Positions 20,935-31,600 of a DNA stretch of 64,000 bases are shown piece by piece. Under the pieces are notes generated by a model. The model was not told the origin of the DNA. It was given only the letters and a program-made list of their open reading frames with translations, and did not search any database. Positions within the stretch are counted from its first letter, which is position 1, and the number at the start of each line of letters is the position of its first letter. A program made the position numbers and the translations under genes. The DNA is from Camelus ferus (taxonomy: Eukaryota), in contig NC_045702.1 in assembly GCF_009834535.1 (NCBI RefSeq), positions 5,456,001 to 5,520,000 on the forward strand. The letters are read 5' to 3'.

Positions 20935-23900
20935 CTAGAGCCGGGTGACGAGATAGCAGGTGCGGTGGGAGGCAGAGAGAGTCTTGGTGACAGCACAGGG
21001 AGTGGTGGGAGGCCTGGTGAGACACAGACCACAGCACTGGGACACAGCCCTGCTCCTGCCCCTGTCCTCCCAGACCTAAACTTCACCCTCTGGTTGGGAC
21101 CTGCCCCTCCTCCCTTGACTTTAGGGGGCATTTCTTGTTACCTGGGGCCCAGGCTGAGGTGGGGAACTTGGGTTCGATGGCTGCCCAGCCCTTCCTGAAG
21201 CTGTGGGAAGAGGGAGAGGGTCAGAGGTGGGGAGAGACTAGCCAAGGAAACTGTGCCCTCCCCCACCACTTTTTTTCTCAGCTGGGTAGGAATGGTGGTC
21301 TACGCTTCAGGGGGAGGGGCTGAGCACCCACAGTGGAGATGGCAGGGCAGAAGGAGGGGGCTGTTACCAGATTGGTGCTGGAGTGTCTTTGGGAGCGCTT
21401 CTGGTTCCAGAAGTATCCCAGGACTCTGTCCCGGAACACCTGGGGGTGAGCAGTGGTGGAGGTGGCCAGTGCATGCCTTCCCCCTGGATCCTGTGGCTTG
21501 ATTCTGCCCACCTCTCACCCTAGGCTGGGACCCAGGCCCACCTCACAGAGGAAGTCCAAGATCTCAAGGATAGTGAGCAGGCTGGCCCCAATGAACAGCC
21601 CCATCTGGCCGCCAATGTCACCTGCGGAGACAGGGCCACCTGTCAGCTCACAGGTGCTTTCTGTCCACACCTCCCTAGACTGCAGGGTGCACACACACAC
21701 ACACACATACACACCAAGCAGGGCAGACACTTCATAGGCCTTTTTCTGCTCCACCGTCTCATAGTTGAGGGCTTCAAAGAAGATGTCCAGCACCAGCACA
21801 TTCTCCCTGGAGGAAGAGAGTCCGAGAGCGTTTGCCTAGTGCCAGCTGCCTGCAGGAACAGGTGCCCTGTTCTCTGGTCCTTTCATGAGCTCCGGGGAGG
21901 GGTGTCACCATCCCCCTTTTCAGAAGAGACGTCAGAGATGTTAAGCAGCTTGCCCAGAGTCCCTGAGCCCCGTGAAAATGGACAGACTGGTGTCCCACCC
22001 GGGTAGTGAATGGAGGCTGGACCCAGAGGAGGGTGCCTGCCTGGCCCCCGGCCCCCCGACCCGGCTCACGCGATGTAGGCCTCGCTGCGATTATGTTTCT
22101 GGGCCAGGTAGCGGGCGGAGGCGCGGCTGGGGATCCGCACCATGGAGAGCTCCTTGGCATAGCGCGTGCTGGCGCAGGGGCTGGGGCAGGTGCACGCGTC
22201 CTTCCGCAGCATGGCGTCTGCAGGCCACAGGCACCCGGTCAAGGCTGCACGCCCTGCGGGGTCGGGGTTGGGGTCGCGGGCCGAGCGGATTGGGGACTAG
22301 GATGCTGGGGAGGCTTGCTGCTTACCCAGCACTGGGTTGGCACAGTCCTTATACTGCTGGGGGCTGCACACTGGTGCACCGCCTGGGGCGGGGAGCAGAG
22401 GAGACAGCTTCAGCAGTGGACCCCCAGGCCTCTCCACCCTCACCCCTGGCCCTCTTCCTCTGCTGCTCCCAGCCCCTTACCAGGCATGTGCATCATTCGG
22501 CAGCCGCACTTACGAGCCACATAGCGTGTCTCGCAGGCCAGGCGACACCCCATTAGACTATATGGAGGGCTGGGGCCTGGGCTGGGACTGGAGGGACCCA
22601 GAGGACCAGAGAGTTCTAGCTCAAAGTCAGGGTCCAGAGGTACAGAGCTGCAATCGCCCCAGGGCGGCGGCAGGAAGCTCAGCTGTAGAGGGATGTGTTA
22701 AGGAGGCTCTGGGAGAAGTGTGGGCCTGGGGAGGATGTGAGGTCACTGGAACAGGTCTGAGGAGCTGGCGGTTGGGGTCTAAGGTGGTGTGGGCTGAGGA
22801 GGGGTTTGGGAGCCTGGGGCTTGGGAGGCACCAGTGAGGATACTTGCTGCTTCTGGCAGGACACAAAAGTCTGGTAGCCAGGGGCTGCCCCGAAGCCCAG
22901 CTGGTCAATGAGTGGCGGCTCCTCCTGGCTGTGGATCTGTACTCGGACCCCCACCTCAAATGGGGTCTCCTCTGCAGTGGAAGTGGGACTCTGAGGCCCG
23001 AGTCCCAGGAGACCCTCTGCTGCAGCCCCTTTTCCCTAGGACTGTGACCAGCTAACCCCGCTTTCTCCTCACAAGGAAGGACAGCCTTTGGGGGCCCTCA
23101 CCACCCCCCCTCCTTCCCAGAGCCACCCGAGCTGTGCACCCCCAGCCTCACTACGTGTGCTCCCATACCCATGTCCCTCCACACGGGCAGATACTCATCC
23201 TGCTGCACGTCCAGCATGATCTCCAGCCCATTCCCCATGCCGCCCTTGGGAGTGGTGAGAAGCTCTGCCCCCTCGGCGCCGGAGTTAAAGGTGTAGCACT
23301 GTCCCATCCGGGTGAAGATCTGGGGGTGGAAAGACAGATGACAGGTCTCACCTGGGAACAAGGAGCCCCGCCAGCTCTTTCCCCTGAGCCAACACGAGGA
23401 CCGTGGGACATTTTCCCTCCCCATCCTCTATTTGGTTCTCTTCTTTGAACACTGGAGTCCACCTCTTACTGCCCCCGACCCTCCCTCTTACAGGTACATG
23501 TATTAGGACCCTCATGGGCTCCCATCACTCAATTCCTCCCCTCCACTCCCAGCCCAGGGCACAGCCTATAGGCCAAGCGTTTCTTCGGAGACAGGTGTAA
23601 AAGGATGAAGGTCCCAGTTACCATCTTCCAGGTCTGGCCAAATGTTGAGGAAGCAGACAAGCCCCTTCCCCCTGGCAGAGAGGGGTCTCCTGCCCTAGAA
23701 CACCAGCTTCCCCCCACACCCCAAAAGCAGGGTCTCTACAGACTAGACCTTGGGCCCAGAGCCAGCCTGGGTGAGTGCCCCTTGCTGGGAGGTGCAACCT
23801 TGCACACTGCCATCCAGCTGAGTGGCAGGGCGGGGCTGAAGGAGGACAGCTTCCTGGGCTGAACAGAAAGGCCGTGGGAGGTCATGGCCTGACTGGGAAG

Positions 23901-24550
23901 GAAAGGACCCAACAGCACAGGTGTTAAGGTTCCCTGGCTTTGAGGGAGCCTGGGCCAGCAAGACCCGGGATTGTGGGTCCCAGGTCCCCGGCTGGAGAGA
24001 TCGGTGGCCAGCTCACCGTGGTGAAGTTCTCTGGCCCGCATGGCCAGCCGCGGTAGCGACAGTCCAGCAGCATGTCCTCGAGGGCATGCCCGGCCCGGGC
24101 ATAGAGCCGGGCCAGGTCGAAGGTGGGGCTGGGCATGAAGCCGGGCGGCGTGGGGGGCCGGCCCAGGGCGCGCAGGTAGGCGGCGTGCTCGGCGGGGTCC
24201 AGGCCCAGCAGCACTGGCCCGGCCCAGTGCAGGTCGTTGGGTGTGAGGCGTGAGCGGCGCAGCGGGTTGATGTTGCACAGGGTGACGGCTGGGAAGGTGA
24301 GCCGGTGGCTCTCGCGCTCCTCCAGGGCCGTCTCGTGGTGGAACTCCCTGTAGTAGCACACCCTCTCCGCCACCTGGTAGAGGAAGGTGGCCAGCGACAG
24401 GAGAACGGCTGCAGCCCACAGCCCCCGGCGCAGGGTCAGGCCCCCCGGGCCAAAGACGTGGCCCAGCCCGTGCATCGTGCAGCTGCTGGCGAACACGCAG
24501 ATGTCCGAGGCAGGCCGCTGGGCCTCCTCCGGCCCTGAGGGGGGCTTCAT
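20935..24550 (-). CDS. ASIC3: Acid-sensing ion channel 3, 533 aa, complete
   Basis: Exons: 24017-24550, 23169-23319, 22844-22971, 22481-22682, 22326-22382, 22070-22217, 21715-21806, 21542-21621, 21368-21439, 21142-21200, 20935-21013; total 1602 nt. HG motif (MHGLGH), [10 protein letters not shown]2 [14 protein letters not shown], and C-terminal PDZ-binding motif VTRL*. Confidence 0.98.
21690..21714 (-). repeat. Interrupted (GT)n microsatellite starting at the ASIC3 intron 7 donor
   Basis: + strand reads cacacacacacacacacatacacac. Its first GT on the minus strand is the splice donor. Confidence 0.9.
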
Positions 24551-25499
24551 GGCTGGAGCCCGGGGTAGGGGACTGGGAGGGCTGGGAGACCAGGATACAG
24601 GGGCTTAGGAGGAGGAGAGAGGGTGGGTCGGAGGACTAGGGCTGAGCAGGGGATTTGGAGGGTCAGGCAGGGGTCACTGCAGGTGTGAGGCAAGGAGAGG
24701 AGAGGGCGGAGAGGTGGGGAGGCACTGGCCTGGCGAGACTGGCTGTGGCAGCCTAGTGGGTCCCACTTGACCTCCTCCAGGACCGGGCTGTGGCTCAGCT
24801 GGGTGCGGCACTGGGTGTGAGCGCTCCGCAGCAGAGATCAGGTAGGGTGCAGCCGATGTGGCCAGCGGGGCCGCTCTGCTGGAGGCTGCTCTGCTGAGCC
24901 TGAGCTGCCGCAGAGGATTGGGTTTCAGCGGTGAGGGGGCAAGGGTGCCGGCAGAGCAGTCCGGGGGGGGGGCGGGGGAGGTCCCTGGGGCCCCAGGCTG
25001 AGCCATTAGTGCAGTGTGGGGGGGCTGTGGCTGTGGAGACCAGAGGCGCCAGCAGGAAACCACAGCAATCTTGGGGAGGGCTTGAGGGGAGCCCAGACAT
25101 AAGCTGGGGCTGGGGGTGCCCTCAGGGCCCCCTAGGTTCCCAACTACAGCCCCTGTATGTCAGGCCCGAGGGTCAGTCGCTGACCCTTGGCCCAGCCCCC
25201 CCCCCCCAACCTCACTCGGGATCACTTGCTCTTTCACAAAGAGCGAAGCTGGCTCGTGACCAGGCTGGAAAGTGTGGGAAGTTTGGCATCAACAGCCAGC
25301 TCTTCTTTCTGAGCCCCTAGCATCCCAGCCTCCATTACAGACAGATTCTTCAGGCCCCATGTCCAGCGGTGGTGTCTCTAGTGACCCTCTTTCCCACCTC
25401 CCCATGCTCAGGCCCTCCGGTCTTGGAGGCTGGCCTCTGCCACAGTGACGGTGGGCTCACCTACCACCCTCCAGCTATAACATGGGTGCCCACGTGCAA

Positions 25500-25880
25500 C
25501 CACCCCATGTAATATGAATGTCCTATGATCTCATATCTTTTTTCACTTAACAGCATATTCCAGGGATCACGTGGTATCCAGTACCTGGGATGCTTCCCCA
25601 TGTTTTAAATGGTTCAGTACCATTTCATTTATGTGGAAGTACCATCGTTTATATAACTGCACCCCTATGGATGGACATTGGGGATTTCCAGTCTTCCATT
25701 ACAAACAGTGGTGCTCTCAATACCGTTGCACAGACGTAAACTCCCAGAAATAGAGCTGCTGGGTCAAGAAGAGGGAACTGCACAGGGAATTTGATAGAGA
25801 CCACAAAATTCCCCATCCTAGGGGCTACCCCACTTTGCACTCCCATCAGTAATCGGGGTATGCCTGTTTTGCACTCGGAC
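25500..25880 (-). mobile_element. Old L1M 3'-region fragment (approximate)
   Basis: tttttcacttaacagcatattccagg, gatggacattggggatttccagtc, ctgctgggtcaa and actttgcactcccatcagtaat are typical antisense L1M-type motifs. Confidence 0.7.
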
Positions 25881-26294
25881 TTCTCTAAAGTAAGAGACAC
25901 GGTGCCCCTGAACAAGCTGGAGGGCTCTGGGCCACAGTGCCTAGCACGGTGAGGCAACGCTGGCCTGGAGAGGGCAGAGCCGGGGTACTTGACTGAAGAT
26001 GGCTCAGATGTTCCGGAGGAGACGATGGGTTGGGCAGGGGGAGGACCCTCAGCGGTTGGAGCAGACACCTCCAGAAAGCAGAGCTGCCGCCTACAAGGTT
26101 AGTGCCAACTGGCCTGACGTGGGACTCGGGTATCTTGCTGACCCAATGTACAGGGCACAGTGGGCAGCTGAGGGTGGTAGCTGTCATGGACAATCAGGAC
26201 TGCTTGTCAGGGTAAAGCCCTGTGTTTTTGGTTAAACACTGACCTGCCCCTGTGGACCTGGGAGATGCTACACTGCAACCTGACATAAAGCAGG

Positions 26295-26328
26295 TTTATT
26301 TCCACTAATTTATTTACTGAAATTTATT
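26295..26328 (-). terminator. ABCB8: Three tandem AATAAA hexamers: candidate distal ABCB8 poly(A) site
   Basis: tttatt at 26295, 26309 and 26323. A further one lies at 26581. Confidence 0.6.
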
Positions 26329-28070
26329 TCTAATCTATCTCCTTCCACAAAGCATTTGAGGTTAAGGGTTCATGTTGGCGGGCTCTTGGCAGTTGAGTGG
26401 AGGGGACGACATAGTTCGCAAGCCGAACTTGATGACACTGTGCTGCTGCGGCCGCCTGGCCTCCTGTCCATCCTCCCGATGAGACCACAGGTTCCACGGG
26501 GGCAGGGATCATCCCCTGCGCAGGCGCGGTGCACGTGGTAGGTACTTAATGAACACATCTTGAAGGCGTGAATGACAGGGTTTATTGCAGCTGTCACCAG
26601 CTTCTGAGGCTGTAGCACTGTGAGTTTTAAGTACCTTACTTCAGATTGTTTAAATTCTTAAAACAAGCTCTCAGAATTAAGTACAGCTGGGTTTATGATC
26701 TGCGTGGAATTCCTACAGGAGCCAAGGTCGAGGTTAAGGCCACACAGCAAGCGTGCAGCTGACCGCAGGGCCTTACAGCTCAGGGCTTGCCATAGATCTC
26801 ACTACGTCCCTAAAGGGGGTGCAGGATTTGGAAAGGCTGCCCTGAAGAGGTAAGGAGAGACCTAGGAGCTGGTGTCAGAAGGTGTCTCGGGAGGTTGGAG
26901 GCTGTGGCTGGTGCTGGTAGAGCAGGAGGTGGCCTCCGCTGGCTCTCCCTTGAAGGAGGGGCCAGGGCAGGCCAGTGTGGACTTGGCCGGTAAGTTGAGG
27001 CCTGCCCTTGACTGCCCTCACTAGGGGGGGCGTTGAGTGGCAAAGCAACCCAGAGCTGCTTCCTGGGCTGAGCTGGCCCTGGAGTACAACCTCTCATCAC
27101 CAAGAAGGCAAGGTGTCAAACCAGGGTGGCTTCGGCCCTGGGATAATTCCAGTGTTTTGTCCCTAAAATAGCGTCTGGTCCTAAACCACATGCAGAAGAG
27201 ACTGTGGGAACTCTCAACCTTGGTTCCTGCACTCACACCTGAGCCGCTGCCACCTCTTCCAGGCTGGCCTCCAGTTGCAGCTGCCCCAGCGTGTCCCATA
27301 CATTGCTGCTGCCCCCCAAAACATGGCATCGCCCTTCTATGCCACAGGATAAACCCAAAAGGGCAGCACAGGCAACCCCTCTTCCTCATGCCAGGGCGAG
27401 GACTCAGTGGAGTCCCCAACCTGGACATGGCTGTGACGGGGGGAGGGTTCCTGGTGGTAAGCGACATGAGCAGAATCAAGGCAGGGGGTGGTTACCAGTT
27501 CTGGGAGTCGACCGTGGCTGGTGGGAAATCCTGGCTGCTCCTAGGTCCCCAGAAGCTGACCGGAGTCCAGCCCCACCCCATTAGCTTTGGCGCCACGGGC
27601 CCGTGCTACCTCAGAGGTTGGCCCATCCTCTTTCAAGGTGAGGTTCTGGTCCCACCTGCTCCAGGGAACCTCCATGACCACCAGGGAGGCTGGCCTGGCA
27701 GTGACCCCTCTTGGTTGTGGACTGATTTTGGATTTTGTCAGCCCGAGGAGCTTAGCATCAGCTGCTCCTTAGTGGTTTGGCGACTTTTAGCACTGAACGT
27801 CCCCCCATGGCTGGAGTTTAGGGTGTGTGTCCTCCTCTGTCCCCTTCAGAGGTAAGTGTCCTCACACGGGGCAGGGAGGGTGGTTCCCAATCTCTGCAGG
27901 GGACAGACTTGAGATGCACAGGGCTGGGGCAGTGGTGAGACAGCCTGGCTCCAGGGAGCTTCTCCTGGAACCGACCACAGCTCCACAGCTGCCTACCCCG
28001 CCCTTCCCCTCCCCAAGGCAGGTCAGGCGCACGTCCCATCTAGACAGGGGGAGGGCAAGGTCTAGAGAAA

Positions 28071-28076
28071 TTTATT
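28071..28076 (-). terminator. ABCB8: Candidate proximal ABCB8 poly(A) signal AATAAA
   Basis: tttatt about 595 nt after the stop codon. Confidence 0.6.
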
Positions 28077-28669
28077 TCTACTCCATCAGTGGAGCAGGAA
28101 GAAGGAAGGGATGTTGTTCCCAGAATGGGGACCGTGGATTTGTGGGGTCAGCTCAAAGGGTGGGCTCCTTCTCACAGGGCTGTGAGAGGCGTGTTGGGAG
28201 TCAGTGGAGGGGAGTGAGGTCCTGGCACGGGTGTGGGACAAACCCTGGTGTGGGTCCCCATTCTCACTCCCTAACAGTGTTTTGCAAACATTCCCTGCAG
28301 CTGTGGCCTGGACACCTTTAGGCTGTCAGGTAGAGGCGGAGACTTGGCAGGGTTGGGAGAGGGGCTGGGGAGGGACTGGGCAGAGGGAGCAGACAGAGCA
28401 GGGGCCCGGGGACTCTGCTCCCTCCCTGTGCAGCCCAAGGACTCTCAGCTCTGGCAGGAAGGAGACAGCCTGGAGGCAGGACGGGCAGTGGTCCCAAACT
28501 CCTCCTAGTCCAGCGCTTGGCCGCTTGGCCAGGTTTTATCGTGAGCAGGGGAAGCAGTGGCAGCAGCCCCCACTGCAGCATGCGGGCCCTCCTGGGGCCT
28601 CGGTCCCCAGGAGCTCCCCCGCGCTGAGCCCTGGCCCTGGGCACTGATGCTCGGCAGTGACCAGACCTC

Positions 28670-31600
28670 TCAGGACTTGGGGTGCCGGTTCCTGGGGCCT
28701 TTGGGGGTCTCAGGAAGTGGGGCATCCAAGGCTTGTCTCCGGATGAGCTCGGAATAGAGCCCGCCTTTCTTTAGGAGCTCCTCGTGGGTCCCCACCTGGA
28801 GAGAGTAAGGAGGGGCAGATGGTCATCCCAACCCAGATAAGAGTTCAGAGCCCTCCGAGGGCTAGCTTCTTATCCAGCGCTTCGGCTTGCCTTCACCTAA
28901 ACCGGTATCCCTTCTGCCGACACCATGAAACCAAAGCACAGGTGGTTACAAATCGCTGCTGGCGCGTCTGTATTTGTTCGCATCACTGCCCTGCTTAGCT
29001 GGATGGTGGAAGAGCATCTAGGTCCCACTGCCTCCCTCACGGGGCCCCAGTGCCCCTTGCAAACCCCCCTCAGCTTTAGCTTAAAAGAGTGGCCGGGGGA
29101 TCCAGGCCCCACACAGCCTCTAAGCCCTGCTGCAGCCCAGCCTCGGGGTGCTGCTCTTGGCTGGTCCCCGATCAGCTCCTGCACCTCAGCCCCCACGGTC
29201 CCCCCACCCACTAAGCCCAGTACGCTTCTCTGAGAACTTTCCCCTTTGATCCTGGGAGCCATGTTGCAGCTCTGCTCACCCCCACCCTGCCCCTCCAGGG
29301 GACAGAGGAAGAAAGTCGGGCCCCAAGAGGCCAGGGCTCATCTAAGGGCAGGAACTGAATCCACATGGGTGCTGTTTCCAGAACATGATCCCAAGCCCTC
29401 AGGGCCAGGCCAGACCCTCCTCACATGGCTCAGCTGAGCCACCCGTTCCACTGTGTCCATGGCTGAAGCTGTCCCAGCCCACCGACCCATTCCCTGGGCC
29501 CCAGCTGACCTCGCAGACTCGGCCGTGGGCCATGACGACAATGCGGTGGGCCCCACGGACGGTGCTGAGCCGGTGGGCGATGACCAGTACGGTGCGGCCG
29601 GCGCTGGCGCGGTCCAGGGCCTCCTGCACAACCCTCTCAGACTCCGAGTCCAGTGCGCTGGTCGCCTCATCCAGGATCAGCACTGTGGGCTGCTTGATGA
29701 GGGCTCGAGCGATGGCCAGGCGCTGCTTCTGGCCACCAGACAGGGTTGTACCCCGCTCACCTGGGGAGGAAGGGGATGGGGCAGGGGCCGGAAGCAATGC
29801 TCAGCTCTGTACTTAGACAGATATACCTTGCAGATGGGCACCAGGGTTGCCTGGATCTTCCCATCTGAGCCCTCAGGGCCCTCCCCTGGCCCTGTGTGCC
29901 TTCGGCCCGCCTCTCTGAGGGAAGGGACGATGGCCGGCAGCACCCTGATCTCACGTGCCTGTGCAGATGTGAGCAGGCACTCACATGGATGACCAGGGTC
30001 GTGCACACAGTAGGGCTCAGTACCACCCAGGGTGGGCCCTGAAGCTCCCCTCCGGCACCAGGGCCAGGTCTCAGAGCCACGACCGGCCTGGGCCCCACCC
30101 CTTGCCCTGGCCCTGCAGCTCTAGCTGCCTTCTCCTGGCTTCCCAGGTCTCTCTTGCTCTGGGGACATCCAGGACCCAGAGGTGGCCTCCTGGGGTGTGG
30201 TGGCAGCCCTGTGTGATTTGTAACCCACCTGGGTATTCTGGGAAGCCCACGTTTGGGGTCCAAAATACCCACAGAGAACAGCAGAAGTGGCAGCCTAGAA
30301 GCCAAAAAGAGCCTCAAGGTAACAGCAGTCACAGAGCAGCGAGGGTAGACTGAATCCCCAGAGAGACAAGGAAAGTGCCCAAGAGAGATGTGGGCCCGGA
30401 TGCTCCAGGAAGAACGAGGTTCACGGGAATCCAAGAACCCAGAACATGAAGAAAGGCCACACACAGTGGGGGCACCACTCGGGAAGCTCAGCTCAGCCAG
30501 ACCGAGGCCTAAGTTTCAAGAAGAGTGGAGAACCTTGGATGTGCCCACACTGTGAGATAGGCTGGAACATTGTGCAGCAAAGCCAAGGGGCTCTGGATGA
30601 TAAACATGGCCCAGAGGTTGAGAAAAAGACCTCTGAGACAAACACACAAAGCTACAAGCTAGAGGAGAAAGATTCTAGGGTGATGCTACAATATTTCAGT
30701 GTTCCCGAATCACCAAAGCCCTCTTCTGGGTAAGTCAGGAGAGAGACGTGCTCAACCAAATCAACCCCTATGGAGAGCAAGAGGGGAAACACCGTTCAGT
30801 GAAAGGATGAAAGGACAGGAGCGAAACAGGGCCAGAAAGAGAAACAATTACACGGAGATAAAAGCCCGCTGCTGCTGGCCAGGTCTTAGGGGTGGAGCCC
30901 TGGTGAGCAGATCACCCGTGTCCCTGCAAACTCCTGTCTCTGCGGCCTGCCTGTGCCTGAACCACATGGGCTGGTCTCCTTTGTCCCCGCAGGTTATCTC
31001 TGTCCCCCTCGGTCTCCCCTGATGCCATGACTGCGTTCCCGTCCCCCTTGATCCCAGTCCCACACGTGGGCCCCGCAGACGTGAGCAGGGTGCCTGCCAT
31101 CCCTGAACTCACCCACTATGGTGTTGTAGCCCTTGGGGAAGCTGGTGATGAACTCGTGGGCATTGGCTTCGCGGGCAGCTGCATAAACGTCTTCATCGGA
31201 GGCACCCAGCCTCCCAAAACGGATGTTCTCCATAATTGTGGTTCCAAACAAGACTGGCTCCTGGGGGTGGGAGGTGGTGGGGTCCACAAGGAAACATTCT
31301 GACTTTGCCCTGAATACCCAAGGGGCGTGTCAGGAGGGGCTCCTTGGAGGGCAGGTAGGGGTAGCTCGAAGTTACAGGTCAGACAAAGCAGAGGGGTCAT
31401 CAGATGGGGGAAGAGGCTGAGCTCCCTGCAGGACACGGAGCCCCTCAGGAAGGGGAGCAGGGAGGTGGCTGGGAGAGCAAGGCCAGCTGGCCAGGCAGGG
31501 CTCCTCCTCTCTGGAGAGATGGGCGTGGAGGGGTTTTATAATTTGGCTGTCTCCTGCTGTAAGGGGATCCGCTTCATCCACATGTGGGGGCAGGTGGACC

